A stretch of DNA of 64,000 bases from Octopus vulgaris (Eukaryota), in the NCBI GenBank assembly GCA_951406725.2, contig OX597818.1:18042001-18106000 (forward strand). Direction: 5' to 3'. Of this stretch, positions 39,250-53,530 are shown one piece after another. Each line of letters begins with the position of its first letter. Within the stretch, counting starts at the first letter, position 1. Under the pieces are notes generated by a model. That model saw only the letters and a program-made list of their open reading frames with translations. It did not search any database and had not been told where the DNA came from. The position numbers and the translations under genes were made by a program.

Positions 39250-39775
39250 CATACACACATGTATATGCAAGTACAAGCACACATATATAGATTTATATAT
39301 ATACACGGGCGTTTCTTTTCCTGGATATTTTTCAGATCCGATAATCTTCTTCCTCTTCTACTTAATCAACAACATCATCACTACCATCACCATCCTTCTC
39401 ATCTTGATCCTCAACTCCACATGACTATCATCATCACCACCATCACCACATCACTATCATAATCATCATCTCTCCATCACTATCATTGTTGCTGTTGTTT
39501 ATTACACATTTTCTTGTTAGCAGCTATGAACCAACATTCCACATTATCTGATAATCTCACCATAAATTATTCACATATCTCTCCCTCTCTCTCTCTCTCT
39601 CTCTTGTAGTTTACCCTCTTTTATACCATCTCTCATTTTTTTTTTGTCAGACATTTCTTATCAAAAATGATGCAACTTATGTATATTACAGATTGCAGGC
39701 AACCAAACCTACCATTATATTATTATTAGTATTATTATTACTGCTGTTGTTGTTGCCTTCAAGATCACAGTTATC

Positions 39776-39809
<34 letters not shown>

Positions 39810-40015
39810 TAACAGCAACTAAAACTATCATCACCACAATCATCATCCCTCTTTCCATATCTCCATGACTACCATACATTACAACAATCATTATTACAAT
39901 TATAATCATCACTATCACTATTTCATCACACCAATGAGGGAGCCTCTATATCTAAATGCATATAGTCGTTTGGCTTGCTAGAAATATCAGTCAAATCTTC
40001 ATTCAAATTCCACCA

Positions 40016-40445
40016 GGTATGGCTGTGTGGTAAGAAGTTTGCTTCCCAACCACATGTTTCTGGGTTCAGTCCCACTGCATGGCACCTTGGGCAAATGTTT
40101 TCTACTGTATCCTTGGGCTGACCAAAGCTTTATGAGTAGATTTGGTAGACAGAAACTGAAAGAAGCCCGTCGTGTGTGCGTGTGTATAAATATATGTATG
40201 TATGTATGTATATATCTATGTGCATGTTTTTGTGTCTGTCCCCTTCTATTACTGCTTGACAACTGGTGTTGGTGTGTTTACATCCTCATAACTTAGCGGT
40301 TCAGCAAAAGAGATAAATAGAATAAGTACTATGCTTTCAAAAAATAAGTCCTGGGGTTGATTTGTTTGATTAAAAACACCCTTCAAAGCAGTGCTCCAGC
40401 ATGGCTGCAGTTAAATGACTGAAACAAGTAAAAGAATAAAAGAAA
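40016..40445 (+). mobile_element. tRNA-derived SINE family B
   Basis: TGGCTGTGTGG A-box, GGTTCAGTCCC B-box, CCTTGGGCAA core, internal TA/TG tract, GTAAAAGA tail. Other copies near 40735-41095(-), 46618-47105, 48434-48682, 50760-51110(-), 58795-58960, 59455-59690, 59950-60300. Confidence 0.85.
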
Positions 40446-41213
40446 AGTGTTTTTAATAAAGGATGTTCTCAATCAGTGTTGACCAAAAGCTAACCAATAA
40501 CATATACAACCACAAAAATGGCAAAGTGATGGAATTGTTAGCACGTCTGCCAAGATGCTTAACAAAATTTTTTCCAGCTCTTTATGTGTTGAGTTCAATT
40601 TCTACCAAGGGAAACTTTGCATTTCCTCCTTTTTAGGTCAATAAAATAAGTACCAGTTGAGCACTGGGGTTGATGTAATTAAATTCCCACAAAACTGCTG
40701 GCCTTGTGCCAAAATAAAAAAGGATTTTTTTTCTATTTGTTTCAGTTATGGGATTGTGGCCAGACTGGGACACTACCTTGGGTTCTTTTAGTCAAAGAAT
40801 TCAACCTCAGTATTTTTATTTTATTTTTTTTGTTGTTTCAAGTCTGGCACTTATTCTATTGCTCTCTTTTGCCAAACTGCTTAGTTATGGGAATGTAAGC
40901 AAACCAATGCCAGTTGACACGTAGTGGGGTGGGTAACAGTTATACAAACACACGTATACAAGGCAAACTTCCACATAGTTTTCTTTTACCAAACTCACAA
41001 AACATTGGTTGATTGGGAGCTATAGTAAAGGACACTCACCCAAGGTGCTGTGCAATGCAACTGAATCCAAAACCACTTGTTTGCAAAGTGAGATTCTGGC
41101 AGAATCATTAATGTCTGACACAGTACCTTGTAATATTTAAGCTGACTTTTTACATTGTAAGTTCAAATCCTGCTAAAATTGACTTTGCCTTTCATCCCTC
41201 TGGGATTACTTAA

Positions 41214-41434
41214 CCCTTTAGCATTCATATTATTCTGTCAAAAGTAATGCTTATTTATTCACATTATTTTGAATTAATCATGCATTCTCTTGTAGCTGTG
41301 AGATTTTGATGAGGTACCTGTTACTTTTTTAGAATGACATTGTAAGGTTGGTCTGAGTAATCAGATCTGGTCAGTATGACCATAAAACAGGTAGAACATT
41401 TTGGTCTGATATGGTTGGTTTAAATGCTTAAGGG
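41214..41434 (-). mobile_element. piggyBac-type TTAA MITE inserted in a decayed family A SINE
   Basis: Reverse complement of the 6134-6353 unit; TTAA at 41210-41213; SINE core continues on both sides. Confidence 0.8.
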
Positions 41435-41756
41435 TTACATAAAGTACCAGTCACATACTGGAGGGTCAATGCTATTGACTAAGACTTCTTCTAAAAACTG
41501 CCAGCCTTCTGCCAAAATATAAAAAAACCCATTACTAATACACAAGTTTAGTGATTTCTTATCCTGGCAGAGAAACTGAGAAGTCTTACAAGTTCAAAAC
41601 AAACTGTTTACTGTTTGTTTCTTAGCAGTATGTGATGAGTAAACAATTAATGCTAAAATGTATGATTTGAAGAGAAAAAGTAAGTGATACTCTCCAGTAA
41701 AATTTTTGAGGGGTCAGTGGGATGCTAATTTATATTTGGTTATAAATAGTTGTAGT

Positions 41757-42493
41757 GAAGATATGTCGCTTAGTGGTTAGGGTATTTGGCTCACGATTGT
41801 AAAGTCATGAGTTCAGTTCTCAGCTATGTGTTGTGTCCTTGAGCAAGACACTTTATTTCACATTGCTCTAGTTCACTCAGCTGGCAAAAATATGTAGTAC
41901 CTGTATTTCAAAGGCCCGGCCTTGTCAGATTCTGTGTCACACTGAATCTCCTAGAGAATTACATTAAGGGTACACATTAAGGTGCAGGAGTGGCTGTGTG
42001 GTAAGTAGCTTGCTTACCAACCACATGGTTCCGGGTTCAGTCCCACTGCGTGGCGCCTTGGGCAAGTATCTTCTACTATAGCCTCGGGCCAACCAAAGCC
42101 TTGTGAGTGGATTTGGTAGACGGAAAATGAAAGAAGCCCGTCGTATATATGTATATATATATGTGTGCATGTATGTTTGTGTGTCTGTGTTTGTCCCCTT
42201 AGCATTGCTTGACAACCGATGCTGGTGTGTTTATGTCCCCGTCACTTAGCGGTTTGGCAAAAAAAAAGACAGATAGAATAAGTATTGGGCTTACAAAGAA
42301 TAAGTCCCGGGGTCGAGTTGCTCGATTAAAGGCGGTGCTCCACCATGGCCGCAGTCAAATGACTGAAACAAGTAAAAGAGTAAAAAGTATGTCTGTGGAG
42401 TGCTCAGCCACATGCACATTAATTTCATGAGCAGGCTATTCCGTCAATCAGATCAACTGGAACCCTCATTGTCATAACTGATAGAGTGCCAGT
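41757..42493 (+). mobile_element. SINE family C interrupted by a young family B SINE (41980-42387)
   Basis: CTTAGTGGTTAGGG head, GAGTTCAGTTC B-box, GTTGTGTCCTTGAGCAAGACACTT core; non-B sequence resumes after the B tail. Confidence 0.75.
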
Positions 42494-42504
42494 ATAAATG
42501 GAGG

Positions 42505-42640
42505 TACTATGCATGTTGAACCGAGAGAAGGCACTTGACTATGGTAACCAGAGGAACCCAGAATCTATAATGTTTCCTGATTGACTCCCAGTGGCTTGGC
42601 TATCTTCCTTCAAGGAGATGGATATAAATATATTTTACAG
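42505..42640 (+). mobile_element. possible L1/Tx1 reverse transcriptase fragment
   Basis: LNREKALDY ... RRWI/KIFY across frameshifts resembles LDxEKAFDxV...WIKILY. Confidence 0.3.
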
Positions 42641-43782
42641 TATGTATTTACATTTATTTGCTTGTAAGTGCGGTTATATCTGTTATGCTTATATCACTTA
42701 AAAATAAAGTATAAACCCTTGTCATTTTGTAATTTGCCCTTCAAATATTCTGCCCCAATTTATTTCTTGAGACAACCAATAGAATCATCATTATTTTCAC
42801 TCACAAAACTCTTGTAAAACTCACCACAAAGATGAACTGTGTTCCTCAGTGAAAAATAAAATGAAAAAAAAAATCAGTCAACATTGATGTTGATTATGTA
42901 TAATAGGAAGTGTTTAAGGAGGGATTCATCCAAACTGTCAAAGAGCTTCCTTTCAATAGAATCTTGATGGCAAATTCAAAAGTTAATGATTGTTGAAACT
43001 AGACTTCCTATGTTGGCGAATTCTGTTAAAAATGGATTCACATCATACATGTATGCATGCCTGCATGTATATATATATACACATACACACACACATATAT
43101 ATATGAAAAAATGAATAGAAATGGCTTTTCTGATAATTTTTCCACTTAAATAATGAAATGCTTGTGGAAAAATTATCAAAAAAGTCATTTCTATTCATTT
43201 TTTCATATATATATAATACTATACCAAGAATTTTCTACTTCTTATTCTGTGTGTGTACATACACACACAACAAATATACATACATAAATGAAGAGATGGT
43301 GGTGTCTCTATATTGCCTTTCTATGCATCTAACGTGGTATACTTCATTTCTAGTTTTGCAAATTTATTTTTGTGTGGGTTGGTTGGTTAGTTGTGCTTTC
43401 CCTGCGGTTGTCAGTGAATGGTGTTTTCTTAAATGAGCATTAATTACATAGTTAATGACTTGATGGATCTGTCTGTTTTATCTCTTACTTCAATTTTTTT
43501 CAGTTTTATGTTATGTCATAATTTTGAAAATTTGAAACTTGTTTTTGTCATACAAAGATTTTTTTCTTGCACAAACTTTGTTTTTCTTTCTGATCTGTTT
43601 CCATGTTTACTTTAGTACATACCCTGATCTGATCTAATTGGTTGTATCCAGAAAACTGTACATAATGGATGAAATCTTGAATATGCTTTCTTGGTTTCAG
43701 GGTGTACACGATACCGAGACACCTTTCTTTTGATTCTTGCTAGGTCTCCTATTGAGTTATTTTGGCATTTGTTAATATAGCA

Positions 43783-44014
43783 CAGTGTTTCTCAACTGGG
43801 GTCCCTATAAGATTTTGTTAATATGTGTAATACCTTGGGTTATACTTCTACAGTACACAAAATATTTTAACAATTTTTTTTATACAATTCTTTATAATAT
43901 TTAATCATAAAAATGTAATAGGATATTTTTAAACATCAAATGGTTATGAGGATTCACCTGAGTAAAATAGAAATCAAAACATGCCCATAGGCAAAACATG
44001 ATTGAGAATCACTG
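43783..44014. mobile_element. hAT-type MITE
   Basis: TIRs CAGTGTTTCTCAA / TTGAGAATCACTG; 8-bp TSD ATATAGCA / ATATGGCA. Confidence 0.85.
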
Positions 44015-44289
44015 ATATGGCAGATCTTCACCATAAGTTTTATATAATAAGTGAAGGATTTGATTCTTGCCCTTAATAATATCTTGCCACAGTTTTGTAT
44101 TGAGAATTGCTAACCTTTTGTTGTGGTGTTTCAATGAGTAACTAATGGTAACTTTAATGCTTAGGTGGATGTAGTTTGCTATATACTGAATGTTTTCCAC
44201 AGTATGTTTTCCTACTACCTTAATGTCATTTTGTGGGCTTGATTTAGTCACAATGTTTATGTCATTGATATAATGAGAATACATGACTA

Positions 44290-44678
44290 CTCTTTTACTC
44301 TTTTACTTGTTTCAGTCATTTGACTGCGGCCATGCTGGAGCACCGCCTTTAGTCGAGCGAATCGACCCCCGGGACTTATTCTTTGTAAGCCCAGTACTTA
44401 TTCTATCGGTCTCTGTTGCCGAACCGCTAAGTGACGGGGATGTAAACACACCAGCATCGGTTGTCAAGCAATGCTAGGGGGACAAACACAGACACACAAA
44501 CATATACATATATATATGACAGGCTTCTTTCAGTTTCCATCTACCAAATCCACTCACAAGGCATTGGTCGGCCCGAGGCTATAGCAGAAGACACTTGCCC
44601 AAGATGTCACACAGTGGGACTGAACCCGGAACCATGTGGTTGGTAAGCAAGCTACTTACCACACAGCCACTCCTGTAC
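44290..44678 (-). mobile_element. young SINE family B
   Basis: Reverse complement of 41980-42387 with CpGs retained. Confidence 0.9.
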
Positions 44679-45612
44679 TAGAGGTACAGATTTCATTATT
44701 TGATCCCATTTGAAATGATTAGCCCATCATATCATGAAAAGTTTGACTATGTCTCTTTGTGCACAGAGTAATTGCAAAACTAGAAATGTAGTGTACTACA
44801 TTGTGTGTGTATGTGCATGTGTGTGCATGTGTGCATGTGTGTGCATGCGTGCATGTGTGTAGATGGATAGATAGGTGTAGAAATGAAGGGAGAACTCAAT
44901 AAATTGTGGAGGTAACAAATTTCTATTAGCAGTTTGACTCAGGCTTCCATTATTATAAGTTTCACAGATCTACAAGGCATATCAGATAGTTTGAACATGT
45001 GAATACCTAGTGGTGAAATGGTGATAAATTCAAAACAAAGATATCAATGGATAAGTGAGGCTCAGTTTGTATCATGTTATGGAATCAGTAAATCTTTACA
45101 ACTACTACATATTTACTGGTAACTGTCAGGCAGCTAGGGAATTTGAGGCATGTCTGTCATGATAGGAATAGTCTACCTTGCCTTCATTAGAAATATTAGT
45201 GAAATCTAAACTTTCAATCAAATTAATAGTGTTTGTCCAGTTAACTGCTTAAAATTAGCTAACAGAGAACTTCAATATTGGTACCATATGACAGTTCATC
45301 CTTGAACAATTTTGATAGCCTATCAGTTGCTAGCTATACACTCAATCCTCCATTTCTTGTTAGAAATAGCAGTCAAATCTACCTAAGATCACTCATCACC
45401 ATGTAAAACACGGAACATTACAAAATGTCGCCATAGATTTCCAAAGCAAAATGAGAAGGTCACAACTAGAATGCATTTGATCATAGATCAGTTCAAGCAT
45501 GGTTGGTCTGGGGTTAAAAACCACATCTCTACAAATCAACATCCTCACTATCATCACTTTCTCTCCCAGTATCATCACTACCATGAGGACCTGTTTAATT
45601 GATATCAACAAT

Positions 45613-46197
45613 AGGCACAGGCATGGCTGTGTGGTAAGAAGGCGGTGAACTGGCAGAAATGTTAGCACACTGGGCGAAATGCTTAGCATTATTTCGTCTG
45701 CTGTTACACTCTGAGTTCAAATTCTGCCAAGGTCGACTTTGCCTTTCATCCTTTAAGGGTCGATAAATTAAGTACCAGTTATGCACTGGGGTCAATGTAA
45801 TCGACTTAATCCCTTTGTCTGTCCTTGTTTGTCCCCTCTATGTTTAGCCCCTTGAGGGCAATAAAGAAATAAGAAGTTTGCTTTCCAATCACATGGAAAG
45901 CACCTTGGGCAAGTGTTTTCTACTATAACCCCAGGCCAACCAAAACCTTGTGAATGTATATATATATACCTGTGTGTACATGTGTCTTTGTGTCTATGTT
46001 TGCCCCCTCTCCACTGCTTGACAACTGGTACTGGTGTGTTTATGTCCCCATAACTTAGCAGTCCAGCAGAAGGGACCAATAGACTAAGTACTAGGTTTAC
46101 AAAGAATAAGTCTTGGGATCGATTTCTTCAACTAAAAACCCTTTAAGGTGGTGCTCCAGCATGGCTACAGTCAAATGACTGAAACAAGAAAAAGAAT
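45613..46197 (+). mobile_element. SINE family B with nested family A SINE (about 45640-45870)
   Basis: The A copy splits the B head; TAAGAAG duplicated at 45635-45641 and 45870-45876. Confidence 0.85.
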
Positions 46198-49100
46198 ATT
46201 ATCATTTTATATGTGCTTTTCCATACTAGTATGGTTCAAGAGAGACTTATTCAGGCATCATTCTAAGTTAGATGTCTTTCCAGTTGCCAACCCTTGTTTT
46301 CAAGTATTTTATTCCATTAGTTTTTGCATTCTGAAATAGCTGAAACCAATGAGCTGAGAGATTACTTAAAGGAATACAGAAACACACACACACACACATG
46401 CCAGGGCTTTTGCACAGTTTCACTCAAAAAATATCGGTAATTCCAAAGCTATAGTAGAAGTCTCTTGTCTGAAGTGTCACACTCTGGAATGGAACCTGGC
46501 CCCATGTGGTTGCAAAACAAACTTTGTAACCACACAACTATGCTTACTACACCATCTTCAGACATTACCCAACAGTTTTTAGGCAAATATACTTGATAAT
46601 CAACCATTCATTTTTAAGGTGTGGCTGTGTAGCAAGAAGCTTACTTCCCAACTACACAGTTCTGGGTTCAGTCCCACTGCATGGCACCTTGGGCAAGTGT
46701 CTTCTAGTATAGCCTTGGGCCGACCAAAGCCTTGTGAATGGATTTTATAGATGAAAACTGAGAGAAGCCTGTCATATATATATATATATATATATATGCT
46801 TTCACCCCTTTATTAGACTAATTTCCTTAGTCATTGCATGGTGATCACCATAAGCTTTAAGCTTGTATAAAAATAGCGTGTGTGTGTATCTTTGTGACTT
46901 TCCCCCCACCCCACTGCTTGACAACTGGTGGTGGTGTGTTTACAACTCAACTTAGTGGTTCAGCAAAAGAGACCATTAGAATAAGTACCAGGCTTAAAAA
47001 AAAAAAAAACTAAAAGTCTTGTAATTGATTTGTTCGTCTAAAACCCTTCAAGGCGGTGCTCCAATATGGCCACAGTCAAATGACTGAAGCAAGTAGAAGA
47101 TAAAAGCTACTTTATAACCATGTATTTCAAAATTTCTAATAACAAAATCTAAGTAAATGTCAACCCTTTTACTGTAGAAATCAGATATACCCACTCAAGA
47201 TTTCATTCTCCTGAACTGCAGATAGCAGTTTTATATACATGCTTTTGTTAAAGAGTGTCCTGATTGCGACTACTTTCTGTTGAGGCATATCAAGCTTATT
47301 GAGGCAACATAACTGGTGGAAAATACAAGTTCTATGTTTTTGCTAGCTATTTAACATTATTATTGGGATAAATATGAAATTCAATTTCACAGTTTACGGC
47401 TTAAAAAGAAGAAAAAAGTAAATTAATGATAAAACAAATTACAAAATTAATAGGGATTTCTTATTATTTTCAACCTGCGTCAGTCTCCATCAAGCGAACT
47501 TATAAGCAAAAGAATTCAAAAATATGACCATCCTGTCTTTTATCTAAGTGGAATGCACCATGTGCAACATTATTCAATGTGTCCTTCCTTATTTTTTAAT
47601 ACTATAGTGTGTGATTGGTATAAGATTTGGCTGCTATTTCTCATTTGTCAAGTGACAGAATAGAGTCTCCCATGTTAGCATGAAATTAATAGATTTTAAA
47701 AGGCGGAAGAATATAAATAAATAAATTTTAAAAAAAAACAATAAAATTCTATTAGACATTCTTTCCTGATGATCAACAACAGAAAAAGACTAAAGCAGCA
47801 AAATTATTTAAATTGAGTAAACAAATAAAAATGAAAACATCAAAAAAAAAGAAAGAAAGAAAATTTTTAAAAATAAGATTAAATCAACAACAAATGATAT
47901 TTTATTAAAACTAACAAAATTTTATAAATTCCAAAAAATAAAGACATCAAAAGCAAAAACAAAAAAAAATTCATTAAATAAATAAATGAAAATTAAGAAT
48001 GGAAGATATATTTAAAAAGACAACAAAAAAATATATAATAAGTAAATAAATAAATAAATGCAGGACTATGTGGAATTATAAAGAATATGTTGAATATGAG
48101 AATAGTTTTGCAAAATTGGGATTCTTCAGTTTTGAATAGCTTTTAAAAGAGAAGATTGAATTGGCATTCATTTTAGGCCTATTTTTTAATTACTTTTTTA
48201 ATATTTTCCTTTCTTCTAGAAATAATTTCTTTCTTGAAACTCTATTTCAGAGATAATTAGTATTAAAAATGAATTCTTACTACTACAACTACTATTATCA
48301 TCATTATTATTATTAAGGCAGTAAACCAGCAGAACTGTTAGCATGTCAGACAAAATGCTTAGCAACATTTCTTCTAGTTTTATGTTCTGAGTTCAAATTC
48401 TGCTGAGCTCAACTTTGCCTTTCATCCTTTTGAGGTATAGGAGTGGCTGTGTGGTAAGTAGCTTGCTTACGAACCACATGGTTCCGGGTTCAGTCCCACT
48501 GTGTGGCACCTTGGGCAAGTGTCTTCTACTATAGCCTTGGGCTGACCAAAGCCTTGTAAGTGGATTTGGTAGACAGAAACTGAAAGAATCCTGTCGTATA
48601 TATGTATGTGTGTGTGTGTCTGTGTCTGTCCCCCCAACATCGTTTGACAACTGATACTGGTGTATTTTCATCTCCGTAACTAGAGTGACTAACTCCTCCA
48701 TCTAAATTTCAGGCCTTGGGCTTGTCATAAGAGCAATAAACTAGCAGAAGTTAGAGCAGATAAAATGCTTTTCAGCACATGTTCTAGCTCTTCGCATTCT
48801 GAGTTCAAATCCTACCATGGTCAACTTTGCTTATTATCCCTCTAGAGTCAATGAAGTCAAGTACCAGTCATGTACTGGGATAGATTTGATCAACTGACCC
48901 TTCTCCCCAAATTTTGGGCTTTGTACTTGAATGAGAAGTGAAGGTGCATAGCCTAGTGGTTAGCATATTGTACTCATGATCAGGAGTGCTTTGATTTCTG
49001 GGCAGTATATTGTTCTTGGCCAAAACCCTTCATTTCATGTTGCTTCAGTTCAATCAGTTGTAAGTGAGTAACCCTGCAATGGACTGGCATTCCATTCAGG

Positions 49101-49724
49101 GAGAATGTAGATGAATATTTGACTACTGCCAGATTTGATGGCATAAAAGATGCAAGGGTATATTAGAAGCACCACAATTTTAGCAGCGAATATTCAAGAA
49201 ACACAGGAGCTTATTGGAGGCCCAACTTCTCATATAGGACCCAAGGTGATTTTTTGAGATATTTCTTTTTTAGGAAAAAAGTGTGTCTTATACACCATCA
49301 AATAATACATCTTTGGTAGGCTGACCATCTGCATAGATGCTCGTTCAGATTGGAAAAGTGGTGGTTATGAGAGAATTTGTGGTTATTATCATTACTAATG
49401 ACAAAATGTATTTCAATATTGACTGTATGTGATGAAGAGATAATTTCTTCATGTTTAATATTAGGATCACATATATTTCTTGTGAAAATCCAGGTTAAAG
49501 CTTTTCCTTTATGCATTTAATGCTACTGATCTTAAATTGTGCACTGCAAGAGATGTACTGTGTATTTTTTAAAATATAATTCAACATTTCTAAAAATTCA
49601 TGCTTGAATATCTTTGGAAATATCATAATTTTGTTTATATACAAAACAAAGTGAGCAGTTTTATACACTTTAAAAAAAAAATTCTAATTTTTTAAACACA
49701 TTTTTTAAAACTTTCCCAGGGAAG

Positions 49725-49862
49725 TTTGTCAGTAATTTTTAACTTTCCATGTGATATGCACCAGTAGTTTTCAATTTCCACACTGTGCCAGTAATTTTTA
49801 ACTTGCCATGTAAAGCACTCCAGTAATTTTTAACTTTCCCTGTGAAGTGTGCCAGTAATTTT
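49725..49862. repeat. short degenerate minisatellite (~31-33 bp unit)
   Basis: Recurrent CCAGTAATTTTTAACTTTCCATGTGA, 4-5 copies. Confidence 0.7.
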
Positions 49863-52800
49863 TTCTGATCTCCAGAACAACACAAAGTAAAAAAAACTGA
49901 GATTCAATGTCTCATTGCTCCTCTACTCTCTCTCAGCTTAACATTCTATGTATTTACATCTCCCACATCAATGATCCATGCAACATTATCAAGCCTTCTA
50001 TTAGATTCCTTTTCTGTTAATGTACTGTATTCACTTAATCAAATGTTCTATACTTCCAACTGTTTTCGTCATACATTTTACACAAAGAGTCAATGGGTTT
50101 CTTGATATGCAATTTGATATTTTTTGTTTCCCTAAATTGGTTCTTTACTGCAAAAGTCAGCCTTAAGTCTGAATATTTTCTTGTTTTTATTCATGACCAG
50201 AATTATCCCCCATATTAAGGCTGACACAGCCAAATCTCAAAAACAAAATCAAAAATAAAATTACACTTTCTATTTGTACTAAGTTTTTCCCAAGATATTG
50301 TACCTTATACTATACTAATTTTGTACCATGCTAATTTCCTCCTCTCAAGAGTTTACCTTGAGATACAGGGACCAGCTCATTTATCCAAGAATTGACTCGT
50401 GTGACACTAGGATATATCCACATACAAGAGAGTCTGTGTGATAGATATCAAGGAGCTTATAAATTCAGTGTGCTTTAGACATAGGACTATCTTCTATTTG
50501 ACCCACAACTGTGACTCTTGACAGATACTACCACCCCAGGTCATAGTGAATCTTGGAATAGCAATGACGCAGGGATAACTCCCACACTGCCCCAATCCTT
50601 GAACCTCACAGATGAAACTCAACACTAGATACAGTTTAATGTCTAGTTCTGGACCTGTTATATCACAAGTACATTTAATAAAATGGGACAAGTGGTAGGT
50701 TATTTTGCTTCTTCTAACTTTTTAACTTAATAAATTTCTTAAAAATCTTTCTCTTTCATTTTTTTATCTTTTACTTGTTTCACATATTTAACTGCAGCTA
50801 ACGAATTGCCTTCAAGAGTTTAGTGAAAAAATCATGTCCAGTACTTATTCAATTACACACTTTTGTTAATTGCTAAGTTACAGGGACATATACAATCCAA
50901 CAACTGCTGTCAATTGGGTGGGGAGGAGTACACACACATACACACAAAGGCTTCCACAAAATATATTTCTACCAAATTTAGTCACAAGGTATTGGTTGGC
51001 CTAAGGATATAGTGGAAAACACTTGCCCAAGGTGCCACACTGTAGGACTGAACCTGAAACCATGCAGTTGCAAAGTAAACTTTTCTAACCACACAGCAGC
51101 ACCTGCAACTATCTTTTAAAAAAACAAAAGTAAAAAGAATTTTAAAAATTAAATTCTTTCCACATATAGTTCACCAGGAATTAAAAAAATTTTTTTTTAT
51201 TATCTCCATTAATACCATGAAGTCAAAGAGATTGCAAATCACTGATATATGCGATTACCTATTATATACCTATCAATAACCTGTCAGCAACTTACGTTAT
51301 TGAAAGTCAAATTATCAGCTGTAAAATTGTCAACCATATTACTTTCATTGTTAGAGGATCCTTTCAAACACAAAACCGTTCGTGAATCATCCATTACGGT
51401 AAGCGTTTTCTGCTAGCTAAATCATCATTTAATTATATCTTCTTTCATAGCATTAGTTTTTTTAACTCTTTTTTTTTTTAATATTTTTGTTGAAAAATTC
51501 TGCCATTGTTTAAATTGATGTTTAAAATAATGAAGGATTTAATAATTTAGTCATTATTAAGCTAGTGCTTGGAACATAAACTAACATGAAATTTTGATGG
51601 AAGGTTTTAATATAGATCACTTAAAATCATGAAGTTTGTATGATAGAACCAGCTGGTCCATTATTATAAGTTTTACGGATCTACAAGACATATCTGATAG
51701 AACAACTTCAAGACACTGGACGTTATGGAGAAGATGACAAAGGACAGAGATATATGGCACTGTGCTGCACTATAGAAGACCCATACCCTACAGCAGGAGT
51801 GTTAATAACACTCTCCCCTGATGAAGAGGATTGGCCTGCAAAAGCCCTGTGCTGATGCCATGTAAAAAGCACTTGTGCTAGCACCACATGAAAGCAGTTG
51901 GTCTGGTGCCACATTAAATGCACCTCATCACACACTATAAAGTGATTGGTGTTAGGAAATCAAGCCAAATCAGACTGAAACCTGGTGCAGCTCTCCTATG
52001 TGCCAGCTCTGGTAAAGCCATCAAACCCATACCAGCAGGGAAAATGGACGTTAAAGTATAATGGATGATGATGATGATAATGATGAAACAATGGATTTGG
52101 GGGGGGGGGGCTTGAAATGTCTTTAATTTTCCATGCAAAATGCACCATTAGCTACATTTCCTATATAATGGTGTTCTAGTTAACTTTTTACTAAAATCAG
52201 AAATATTAAAAACTACATCTAAAGTTTATCTTTTGATGTATTATCAAATAGTCTGGCCACAAAAATCAACAAAAGATGGTCCTACATGGTCACTTAAACC
52301 TGGTAAAAATAGAAGCCAAAATTTTTAAATCACAGCTTTACAACTTAAAAAATTTAAATTGTTCCCTATTTAAAGAATGGCAAATTGCGAGATTTGTTCA
52401 CAATGAGTCACTACACATTCACTCAATGTGGAGCCTCTTTTTGTCATATGAATTACTGGAAACAAACAGTCAAATATCCCTCAAACTCTACTCTACTGTT
52501 TTAAACTGGGAGATGTTGGATAATGTAGTCCAGGTTACACCTCATTCTCTCATTCATCCCGTAAAGACTGGATATTTACAGTTGAAAAGCCTTCAATCAA
52601 ACAAGGGGATGCTGAGAAGTTCCTGGCTTTAAGGGTATCATGAAAGGCCTGGTTGGAGGTCCAACCTTCGGAGTTCTTTTCAAGAGCTTAAAAAAACCAA
52701 AGGACCACTGCAATAAGTGTATGAATCTGAGAAGGGAATATGTTCAATAGAATTTTAATTATCTGATCTTCCTGTATTTTCTTTTACTAAAAACAAGGAA

Positions 52801-53098
52801 CTTTTCAGCAATTTCTTGCATGTCTGTTCCATCAGGACAGTTTAGGGGTTAATCTACACATTGTACTTTCCAAACCATTCATTATTTCTATAGTTGCCCT
52901 CATTCAGCTCTCCATAAATAACCTTGTGTGGAACACAATTTTAACTTTCACTTTCAGGCCTTTTTGAGATTGCATAAGCTGCTTATTATTGGTTTAATCA
53001 ATTACAGATCATTAAAATTTGTTGCATTCCAACTATCAAAACAATAACTGGATTTAAGGCCATTTGATGCCCTAAGGATGGCTCAATGTTGGTGCACT

Positions 53099-53530
53099 GG
53101 CAAGCTGGCAGAAACGTTAGCACACCAGGCAAAAGGCTTACCAGTATTTCGTCTGTTTTTATGTTCTGAGTTCAATTTCCACTGAGGTCGACTTTGCCTT
53201 TCATCCTTTTGGAGTCGATAAATTAAGTACTAATTGCATACTGGGGTTGATCTAATCGACTGGCCCCCTCCCCCAAAATTTCAGGCCTTGTGCCTAGCGT
53301 AGAATAGAATGTTGGTGCCCTGGCAAGCTGACAGAATCGTAGCATTCTTGGAAAAAATGCTTAGCAGCATTTTGTCTGTCTTTATGTTCTGAGTTCAAAT
53401 TCTGTTGAGGTCAACTTTGCCTTTCATCCTTTCAGATTCGATAAAATAAGTACCAGTTGAATACTAAAGTCAATGTAATTGACTTAACTCCTTCCCTGAA
53501 CTTGCTGGGCTTGTGCCAAAATTTGAAACC
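53099..53530 (+). mobile_element. two tandem family A SINEs
   Basis: Two heads GGCAAGCTG(G/A)CAGAA, each preceded by AATGTTGGTGC(A/C)CT. Confidence 0.8.

Noticed and set aside
43300-44284. 91-aa minus-strand ORF and flanks as an exon or LINE remnant
   Set aside because: Interrupted by a MITE, multiple stops downstream, and no motif I can name with confidence.
47700-48060. A-rich tract as a structured element (also 19690-19960)
   Set aside because: Low-complexity sequence without periodicity or termini.
41964-48701. Recurrent similar ORFs (RRASFxFxLPNPLTRLW..., YQIHSQGFGWP...)
   Set aside because: Antisense translations of SINE family B, not a gene family.
49298-49516. 72-aa His/Asn-rich ORF
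   Set aside because: No recognisable domain or convincing splice sites; length expected by chance.
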